From: Bacteroidales bacterium
Lineage (GTDB): Bacteria > Bacteroidota > Bacteroidia > Bacteroidales > UBA932
Length of the DNA: 64,000 nt
Direction: 5' to 3'
NCBI GenBank assembly: GCA_016281315.1
Contig: JAEEIJ010000073.1
Coordinates: forward strand, 8,651-72,650
The notes under the pieces are model-generated. The model worked only from the letters and a program-made list of their open reading frames with translations, had not been told where the DNA came from and ran no database searches. The stretch's first letter is position 1. Each line of letters begins with the position of its first letter. Shown one piece after another: positions 57,322-64,000 of the stretch. The translations under genes and the position numbers were made by a program.

Positions 57322-58161
57322 ATGGGTGTGAAAATCATCGTAGAGAGCGGCGCCACCAAGAGCGAGTGGTGCGTGGTGGAAGGCGGAAGGCCGGTTCGGC
57401 GTTTCCTCCGGGCCGGGACCAACGTGTCCACGATGCGGATGGAAGCCATCAAGGAGATCCTTCGGGAGGCGGTGGAGTCGGAAGGCCTGAAGAAGGCCGA
57501 TGGCTTTTATCTCTATACGGCCGGCGTGGTGACGGAAGCCATCGGCGCGGAGCTCAAAGCCCATATCCGGAGCCTTTTGGAGGTGGCCGATGTAGATATC
57601 CAGAACGACCTGATGGCGGCCGCGAGAGGTGTCTGCGGACGCGAAAGCGGCATCGTGGGCATCATCGGCACCGGATCCAACACCTGTTTCTACGACGGCG
57701 CGAACGTTTCCCAGAAAGTCTACGCCGGAGGCTATGTCATCGGCGACGACGGCGGTGCCGCGGTGCTGGGGAAACTTTTCCTCTCCGATTACATCAAGGG
57801 GCTGGTCCCGGAGCCGATTGCATCGGCCTTCTCAAAGGAGTTTGACGCCTCCTATGCCGGCATCGTCGAGGGCGTTTACCGCAGCGCTTCACCTTCCGGA
57901 TACCTGGGCAGCCTGGCGCCGTTCCTGCTTTCCCAGGCCGAACACCCTTACGCAAAAGACCTGATCGAGGGGAATTTCCAGGCATTCATCGACCGTTCCC
58001 TGCTGCGCTATGACGTGGCGCACTATCCGGTGGGCATCACCGGCGGGCTGGGCTATGCCTGCCAGGGAATCCTTCGCCCCCTGCTTGAAAAAGCGGGCAT
58101 CCGCGTTTCCCGTTTCCTGGAATCGCCCATTGAAGGGCTCATTGATTATCATTCGAAGTAA
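57322..58161 (+). CDS. BadF/BadG/BcrA/BcrD-type N-acetylhexosamine (GlcNAc/MurNAc) kinase
   Basis: VESGATKSEW, GIIGTGSN, GYVIGDDGGAA; start re-called at 57322 after a TATATTTG promoter. Confidence 0.78.
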   Translation: MGVKIIVESGATKSEWCVVEGGRPVRRFLRAGTNVSTMRMEAIKEILREAVESEGLKKADGFYLYTAGVVTEAIGAELKAHIRSLLEVADVDIQNDLMAAARGVCGRESGIVGIIGTGSNTCFYDGANVSQKVYAGGYVIGDDGGAAVLGKLFLSDYIKGLVPEPIASAFSKEFDASYAGIVEGVYRSASPSGYLGSLAPFLLSQAEHPYAKDLIEGNFQAFIDRSLLRYDVAHYPVGITGGLGYACQGILRPLLEKAGIRVSRFLESPIEGLIDYHSK

Positions 58162-58163
58162 TT

Positions 58164-59585
58164 ATGCCGCAGAATACCCTGAAACCCCTTTTCGAGTCAT
58201 TTGCCGGACAGCCCCTCGCCCAGATGCAGGAACTGCCCACTTCGGGCAGCCACCGCCGGTATTTCCGCCTGAGCGGTGGGAATGTCACCGTGATGGGCGT
58301 CATCGGCACGTCCCTGGAGGAAAACCGCGCGTTCATTGAACTGGCCCGGCATTTCCGGTCCAGGAAGCTGAACGTGCCGGAGGTCTATGCCGTCAGCGAA
58401 GACGGCCTGGCCTACCTGCAGGAAGACCTTGGGGACCAGGTTCTCTTCGACGCCGTGGCGCAGGGCCGCGAGAAAGGGGTTTATTCGGCCGATGAAATCG
58501 ATCTGCTCCGCCGCACCGTCGCCCAGCTGCCCCGCATTCAGTTCCTGGGCGGGGCAGGCCTGGACTGGAGCGTCTGCTTCCCGCAGGAGGCCTTCGACGC
58601 GCGGATGGTGGACTTCGACCTGAACTATTTCAAATACTGTTTCCTGAAGGCGACGGGCATCGAATTCAACGAAATCCAGCTGCAGGAGGATTTCGAAAAG
58701 TTCAAGGCCGACCTTCTGCTGGACGACGACAACACCTTCCTGTACCGGGATTTCCAGGCGCGGAACGTGATGATTAAGGACGGAGAGCCCTGGTTCATCG
58801 ATTTCCAGGGCGGCCGCCGCGGCCCCATCTACTATGATGTAGCTTCCTTCATCTGGCAGGCCCGCTCCCGCTATCCGGAAGCGTTAAGGGAGGATTTGAT
58901 TAAGACTTATCTGGAGGCGTTGCAGCAGTTCAAGCAGGTGGACGAAGCGGCGTTCCGCAGCCGCCTGCGCCTGTTCGTGCTCTTCCGCACCCTGCAGGTG
59001 CTGGGCGCCTACGGTTTCCGCGGCTACTTCGAGAAAAAGCCGCACTTCATCGCCAGCGTGCCGTATGCCCTGCAGAACCTGCGTTCGCTGCTCCGGACGC
59101 CCTTCACCCGGTATCCCTACCTGAACGCCGTCCTGCAGGAGATGGCCGTGAAACCGGAGCTGAACGTGGTGCAGGAGGACCATCGGCTCCAGGTGAAAAT
59201 CTACAGCTTCGCCTATAAGAAGGGGATTCCGGCCGATACTACCGGTAACGGCGGCGGATACGTCTTCGACTGCCGCAGCGTGAACAACCCCGGCAAATAC
59301 GAGTACTACCGTCAGTTCAACGGGATGGACGCGGAAGTGATCAAGTTCCTGGAGGACGACGGCGAGGTGCTCGCTTTCCTGGAGAGCGTCTATAAGCTGG
59401 TGGACGCCCACGTGCAGCGCTTCATCGAGCGCAAATTCACCAACCTGCAGGTATGCTTCGGCTGCACCGGCGGGCAGCACCGTTCGGCCTATTGCGCCGA
59501 GCATCTGGCCAGCCACCTGGCTCAGAAATTCAACATCAAGATCGTGGTTGCCCACCGGGAGCTGGGAATGGAGAAGATGCTATGA
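58164..59585 (+). CDS. amgK: AmgK-like anomeric sugar phosphotransferase fused to RapZ C-terminal domain
   Basis: SGSHRRYFR, RDFQARN, IDFQG..GP..YD; C-terminal SFAYKKG, FDCR, GCTGGQHRS. Confidence 0.8.
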   Translation: MPQNTLKPLFESFAGQPLAQMQELPTSGSHRRYFRLSGGNVTVMGVIGTSLEENRAFIELARHFRSRKLNVPEVYAVSEDGLAYLQEDLGDQVLFDAVAQGREKGVYSADEIDLLRRTVAQLPRIQFLGGAGLDWSVCFPQEAFDARMVDFDLNYFKYCFLKATGIEFNEIQLQEDFEKFKADLLLDDDNTFLYRDFQARNVMIKDGEPWFIDFQGGRRGPIYYDVASFIWQARSRYPEALREDLIKTYLEALQQFKQVDEAAFRSRLRLFVLFRTLQVLGAYGFRGYFEKKPHFIASVPYALQNLRSLLRTPFTRYPYLNAVLQEMAVKPELNVVQEDHRLQVKIYSFAYKKGIPADTTGNGGGYVFDCRSVNNPGKYEYYRQFNGMDAEVIKFLEDDGEVLAFLESVYKLVDAHVQRFIERKFTNLQVCFGCTGGQHRSAYCAEHLASHLAQKFNIKIVVAHRELGMEKML

Positions 59586-60325
59586 AAGCGATGGTCTTCG
59601 CCGCTGGGCTGGGCACGCGCCTGAAGCCCATTACGGATACGCTGCCCAAGGCGCTCGTGCGCGTCTGCGGGGAGCCGCTGCTCGCGCACGTCCTGCGGAA
59701 GCTCCAGGCTTTCGGCTATACGGAGGCGGTGGTGAACGTCCATCATTTCCCGGAGCTCATCCGGGAGTATCTGGGGAGCCACGACTTCGGCCTTTCCATT
59801 AAGATATCCGACGAATCGCAAGCCCTTTTGGAAACGGGCGGCGGCATTGCGCACGCCCGGCCGCTCTTGGAGCCGTTGGACGAGCCTTTCCTGGTGCACA
59901 ACGTGGATATCGTCTCCAACGTGGATCTTTCCTGGTTCCGCGCCCAGGCCCGTCCGGAGGCCCTGGCGACGCTGCTGGTGAGCGACCGCCCCACGCAGCG
60001 CTATCTGCTGTTCCGCCCGGAGGACGGGCGCCTCGTCGGCTGGACGAACCTTGCCACCGGGGAAGTGCGGAGTCCGCTGAAGGACCTGGATCCATCGGCC
60101 TGCCTCCGCTATGCCTTTTCCGGCATTCATCTGCTCTCCCCGGCCATTTTCGACGCCTTCGAGGCGCTGGCGATGCCGGAGCGTTTCCCCATTATGGATT
60201 TCTACCTGGAGGCCTGCGGGCGCTATCCTATCTACGGCGTGCCCGCCCCCGGCCTGCAACTGGTGGACGTGGGGAAAATAGAAACCCTCCCGGAGGCCGA
60301 GAGGGTTTGTGCGGAAATCCTATAA
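59582..60325 (+). CDS. murU: MurU-like nucleotidyltransferase
   Basis: AAGLGTRLKPIT..PKAL, LETGGG, HNVDI; start re-called at 59582. Confidence 0.78.
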   Translation: MKAMVFAAGLGTRLKPITDTLPKALVRVCGEPLLAHVLRKLQAFGYTEAVVNVHHFPELIREYLGSHDFGLSIKISDESQALLETGGGIAHARPLLEPLDEPFLVHNVDIVSNVDLSWFRAQARPEALATLLVSDRPTQRYLLFRPEDGRLVGWTNLATGEVRSPLKDLDPSACLRYAFSGIHLLSPAIFDAFEALAMPERFPIMDFYLEACGRYPIYGVPAPGLQLVDVGKIETLPEAERVCAEIL

Positions 60326-61180
60326 CTGACTGTCGCTGAGCTCGAAGGTGTTCCCCTTCCGGACGTCGCCGGTGGAGAGCCCCTTCTTGAGCCATTTCAT
60401 CCGCTGGGCCGCGGTGCCGTGCGTGAAGGATTCTTCCACGGCGTAGCCCTGCGATTTCTTCTGCAGGTAATCGTCGCCGATGACCGATGCGCAGTTGATT
60501 GCTTCTTCCAGGTCGCCGTCCTCCAGCGAGCCGAAGAATTCATTCTCGTAGTGGCCCCAGACGCCGGCGTAGAAATCGGCCTGAAGCTCGATGCGCACGC
60601 TCATCCGGTTCGCATCGGCCTTGCTCATCCGCGCCATCTGCTGATGCGCCTGGTCCAGCGTGCCCAGCAGGTGCTGGACGTGGTGCCCCACCTCGTGCGC
60701 AATGACGTAGGCGTAGGAGAAGTCTCCGTCGGCCCCCAGCTGCCTGCGCATACTGGAGAAGAAGGAGAGGTCGATGTAGAGCTTTTCGTCGGCGCTGCAA
60801 TAGAAGGGGCCCATGGCCGATTGTCCCTGCCCGCAGGCCGTGGAGGTGCTGCCGGTGTAAAGGACGAGGGTAGGGGCCTGGTACGTGCCCAGCCGCTGCT
60901 CCTTGAAGACTTTTGTCCAGACGTCCTCCGTGGAGGCCAGGATCTGGCGCGAGAATTTCGCGAGGGCTTCGTTTTCGGCCGTGGGCTCGTAGTTCTGCTG
61001 CGTGGTGAAGCCGCCGTCCGTGGCTACCGTATTGAGTACGTCGCCCAGGTCGCCGCCCATCAGGAGGGTGATGATACCAACGATGATGATGCCGCCGATT
61101 CCAAGGCCGGCCTTGCCGCCGCCGGAAAGACCCCGGCGGTCTTCTACGTTGCTGCTTTCGCGTCTTCCGTCAAGCTTCAT
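60320..61180 (-). CDS. YpfJ-like neutral zinc metallopeptidase
   Basis: SSNVEDRRG, GPFYC, AHEVGHHVQ, ELQAD, SFTHG. Confidence 0.9.
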   Translation of the reverse strand: MKLDGRRESSNVEDRRGLSGGGKAGLGIGGIIIVGIITLLMGGDLGDVLNTVATDGGFTTQQNYEPTAENEALAKFSRQILASTEDVWTKVFKEQRLGTYQAPTLVLYTGSTSTACGQGQSAMGPFYCSADEKLYIDLSFFSSMRRQLGADGDFSYAYVIAHEVGHHVQHLLGTLDQAHQQMARMSKADANRMSVRIELQADFYAGVWGHYENEFFGSLEDGDLEEAINCASVIGDDYLQKKSQGYAVEESFTHGTAAQRMKWLKKGLSTGDVRKGNTFELSDSQL

Positions 61181-61757
61181 GGTGTGAAAACACTTGGTTG
61201 ATTAGTTTTTCGAATTCTTGGTAGGCGTCCGTGTCCTGCAGGTCTCTGAGGGCATTGGCGAGGCCCCGGTAGTGCCACTCGTGCTCGTCCACGTCCTTTA
61301 CGTGGAAGAGGTCCCAGAAGGCGTTGCCTTTTTGGGCATAGTCCCTGGCGATGGCCCGCATATTGGAAAGTTTGTCCCCCAGCGCCACGATCTTGGCGTC
61401 CTTCGGCGCCCTGCTCAGGCGGTCGATGGCTGCCTGTTTCCTGGCGTGCCAGCTCTCTTCCTCGGGGACGCCTTCGTGTACGTCGTCGCTCTCCGAGGCT
61501 ACGAGGTTGGCGATGCGGTCGCCGAATTCCTTGCGGATGTCTTCCACGGTAACGTCGGTGTCTTCCACCGTGTCGTGAAGGGCGGCCGCTGCGAGGAGTT
61601 CCTGATCGGGCGTCATCGTGGAGACGATCTCCATCGCCTCCATCGGGTGCACGATGTAGGGGAATCCTTTCCCGCGCCGCTCCGTTCCCGCGTGTGCTTT
61701 CACCGCGAAGACAATGGCGCGGTCCAGCAGTTCAGTGTTGAGGGGTTTGTTTGCCAT
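61170..61757 (-). CDS. HD-domain protein, small alarmone hydrolase (Mesh1-like)
   Basis: RRGKGFPYIVHP, AALHDTVEDT, DKLSNMR. Confidence 0.8.
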   Translation of the reverse strand: MANKPLNTELLDRAIVFAVKAHAGTERRGKGFPYIVHPMEAMEIVSTMTPDQELLAAAALHDTVEDTDVTVEDIRKEFGDRIANLVASESDDVHEGVPEEESWHARKQAAIDRLSRAPKDAKIVALGDKLSNMRAIARDYAQKGNAFWDLFHVKDVDEHEWHYRGLANALRDLQDTDAYQEFEKLINQVFSHHEA

Positions 61758-61773
61758 AATGGACTGGAAGTCA

Positions 61774-62706
61774 TTATTTGGGGCAGATGCCGCGGACGGG
61801 TATCCCGTTATACCGGTCGATGGCAGTCAGCATGGGTTTGAAAGCTTCGTCATTCATCACCTTCAGGGCCTGTGCTTTGAAAGGATAAGTCCCGTTCAGG
61901 GTTGAACTCCAGAGATAGATGGAGTTTTCGTTCCGATGGCCGTATTCATCGTACTCACCGGAGGCCGGGATGAAGATGGAGTTTCCGTTGGGCCCCGTGA
62001 ACAGGGCGCCGGAAACACCGTCCTGCTTCGTCAGCTTGAGGGTGCAGCGATTGATAAGCTCTTGAAAATCGGCCGCCTGGGGCATTCTCCATTCGCCCTT
62101 CAGCTTATAGGCGGCAGCATCGTCGGAGGGCAGAAGATTGGAGAGATTATCGCTTGTGCCGTACGCGTTATCCCAGTTATATCTGGTGAGTTTGGTCTTG
62201 CTTCCATTGCACCATTCGTATTTTTCCCAGGTGAAGGTGTTCCCTTCGTGCGGAGTGACGCCTCCCCAGGCAAAATAGTCGCCTGTTTCCTCGGGCTTGG
62301 AAGCGCCCACATTGCAGCTGCCCCAATAGACGGAAAGGCCCAGATCCACCGCGCCTTTCGGAATCCGGGGAAGCACCGTCACCTCGCACTCTCCCTTGAC
62401 GGCGGATCCGCTCGCATAGGCCGTAACCGTTGCGATGCCTTCGCCTTTGGCGGTGACTACGCCCCCTGTGACATCCGCCACGCCGCTGTTGGATGTAGTC
62501 CATATCAGCGAGCGGTCCGTCGCGTTTTCCGGAAGGATGGTGACGGAAAGCTGTTTCGTGTCCCCCTCCTTCAGCGTGATGCTCTCCGGTACCACGAGCA
62601 CGGATCCGACGGGGATGGACACTCCCGGGTTCTTCTTCCCTTGGCAGGCTGCTGCGACAACGAGGGTGAGCAGCATAAGGCCGATAGTTTTGAAAAGTGT
62701 TTTCAT
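61774..62706 (-). CDS. Lipoprotein: Ig-like (Big_2) domain + AVDLG...WRMP (C-type-lectin-like) domain
   Basis: Lipobox AAAC; P.NATD..L.W.TSN..VA.V Big_2 pattern; GAVDLGLSVYW, DYFAWG, IFIPASG, LWSS, RYNGIPVR. Confidence 0.8.
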   Translation of the reverse strand: MKTLFKTIGLMLLTLVVAAACQGKKNPGVSIPVGSVLVVPESITLKEGDTKQLSVTILPENATDRSLIWTTSNSGVADVTGGVVTAKGEGIATVTAYASGSAVKGECEVTVLPRIPKGAVDLGLSVYWGSCNVGASKPEETGDYFAWGGVTPHEGNTFTWEKYEWCNGSKTKLTRYNWDNAYGTSDNLSNLLPSDDAAAYKLKGEWRMPQAADFQELINRCTLKLTKQDGVSGALFTGPNGNSIFIPASGEYDEYGHRNENSIYLWSSTLNGTYPFKAQALKVMNDEAFKPMLTAIDRYNGIPVRGICPK

Positions 62707-62930
62707 TCCGATCTGCGGGTTGTCCCACAAAGTTAATGATTTTTAGCTTTTCTTCACATTCCCCTCGGAGCTTTTTCTTGGAAATGCCTCTGTGCATCGG
62801 GGCCCTGCAAAGCATAGAATGACATCACGGGCCTCCGGCCCTTTGGCGCTTTTTCCCCTCACTCACCAACGGGATTTGCTCCCTTCGGTCGCACATCCCT
62901 GCCCGCCTGCGGCGGGCTTTGCAAAGCGTC

Positions 62931-62972
62931 AAAAAAAGTCTGTGCTCAAGCAAGCTTGGCACAGACTTTTTT
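62931..62972. terminator. Bidirectional terminator downstream of tRNA-Ser(CGA)
   Basis: AAAAAAAGTCTGTGC...GCACAGACTTTTTT. Confidence 0.8.
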
Positions 62973-62982
62973 CGCCACTTTG

Positions 62983-63067
62983 CGGTGAGTGAGGGATTCG
63001 AACCCCCGGTACGTCGCCGTACACCTGTTTTCGAGGCAGGCTCCTTCAACCACTCGGACAACTCACC
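62983..63067 (-). tRNA. tRNA-Ser (CGA)
   Basis: Reverse complement GGTGAGT...CCTGC-CTCGAAA-ACAGG, long variable arm, GGTTCGAATCC, ACTCACC-G; TATCTTTG promoter at 63083-63090. Confidence 0.95.
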
Positions 63068-63097
63068 TCAGGGTTGGGGATGCAAAGATACAAAAAA

Positions 63098-63283
63098 TTA
63101 TTTAAACCACTTCGTAATGCGGTCCTTTGCAAACAGGAAGTAAACGGCCAGGCCGATCCAGCTGGTGAGCAGGACGATCACCGCGCAGATAATCTTACCC
63201 ACGAGGGAGATGGGCTTCTTGAAGATGTCGATGACGGCGATAATGGAAAGAACCAGACCGACGATGTAAATGATAGCTGCCAT
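63098..63283 (-). CDS. Small two-TM membrane protein (PLDc_N-like)
   Basis: 61 aa, IAVIDIFK...KII..VIVL...IGLAVY; TATATTTG promoter at 63305-63312. Confidence 0.7.
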   Translation of the reverse strand: MAAIIYIVGLVLSIIAVIDIFKKPISLVGKIICAVIVLLTSWIGLAVYFLFAKDRITKWFK

Positions 63284-63335
63284 AGTTTATTAAGATTTAT
63301 TTCCCAAATATACAACTTTTCGCGGGAATCGCAAA

Positions 63336-64000
63336 CTATAATAGCTTGACCCCGATTCCCGGCCTCTCGGGCAGGACCAGCCGGCCTTCCTTTACCGTGA
63401 CGCCGGAGAAGCGGTCGTTCGCGATGAGCAGGTTCCCGTCCAGATCGGCAAAATCCACATACGGGGAGAACTGCGCGGCGGCCGATACGGCGCAGGAGGT
63501 TTCCGTCATACAGCCCACCATCACCTTCATTCCCAGCGCCCGCGCGAGCTGGGCCATCTTCCAGCCTTCCCGCATCCCGGTGCATTTCATCAGCTTGATG
63601 TTGATGCCGGAGTAGATGCCGCTCATCGAAGGGACGTCGGCGAGGCGCTGGATGGCTTCATCTGCAAAGATGGGGAGGGGAGAGCGTTCGGTGAGCCAGG
63701 CGTTGTCCTCGGGCCGATCTTTGGCCATCGGCTGCTCCACCATCACCACGCCCTGCTCCTTCAGCCAGAAGATCTCGTCCAGGGCCTTGCTGCGGTCCTT
63801 CCAGCCCTGGTTGGCATCCACGGCGAGGGGAACGTCGGTGACCGAGCGGATGGCCTCGATCATCTGCACGTCCGTGTCCAGTCCCACCTTAACCTTTAAG
63901 ATATTGAACTTCCCGGCAGCTTCCAGCGTCTTTTCCCGCACTACGTCGGGGGTATCGATGCCGATAGTAAAGGTGGTCGAAGGCGCCTTCGCCGCGTCCA
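63336..64000 (-). CDS. L-Ala-D/L-Glu dipeptide epimerase (enolase superfamily), 5' part outside window
   Basis: TFTIGID, KVKVG, VDANQGW, EQP, ADE, NIKLMKC, DLDG. Confidence 0.88.
   Translation of the reverse strand, partial: DAAKAPSTTFTIGIDTPDVVREKTLEAAGKFNILKVKVGLDTDVQMIEAIRSVTDVPLAVDANQGWKDRSKALDEIFWLKEQGVVMVEQPMAKDRPEDNAWLTERSPLPIFADEAIQRLADVPSMSGIYSGINIKLMKCTGMREGWKMAQLARALGMKVMVGCMTETSCAVSAAAQFSPYVDFADLDGNLLIANDRFSGVTVKEGRLVLPERPGIGVKLL

Noticed and set aside
33543-62706. Complete diversity-generating retroelement
   Set aside because: No reverse transcriptase, accessory gene or adenine-variant template repeat seen in the window.
57052-63067. tRNA-anchored genomic island or prophage
   Set aside because: No integrase and no direct att repeat; intervening genes are mostly housekeeping-like.
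62825-63143. Short ORFs over tRNA genes (also 56882..57168, 57066..57845)
   Set aside because: Spurious translations of tRNA sequence.

Overview
A GC-rich chromosomal window from a Bacteroidales bacterium, inferred from repeated TAnnTTTG promoters, a SusC/SusD pair and a type-2 IleRS. Bases 1-16.4 kb are a minus-strand ECF-sigma/FecR-controlled SusC/SusD locus. Its cargo is phosphodiester- and ester-acting lipoproteins rather than classical glycoside hydrolases, followed by two tandem paralogous 'YxSP' micro-peptides and a truncated lipoprotein. The remainder is mostly housekeeping: aspA, coaD, ung, lon, HU, bS22-like, RNase G/E, alr, tadA, engB, prs, der, nadE, xseAB, a glycogen operon with a synthase-phosphorylase fusion, ribF, greA, tsaB, ileS, lspA, a MurK/AmgK/MurU-like recycling operon and 4 tRNAs. 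The least explained signals are non-coding or palindromic: (i) a mirror-symmetric array of eight 13-bp TGGACCWGGTCCA-type sites spaced 22/22/24/51/24/22/22 bp (50115-50318); (ii) a ~126-bp palindromic element read in frame inside ribF; (iii) a composite of tandem inverted-repeat units upstream of alr; and (iv) an inverted copy of a tRNA 3' end. I saw no transposase, integrase, reverse transcriptase or CRISPR array. All calls come from motif recognition by eye; no database searches were run.
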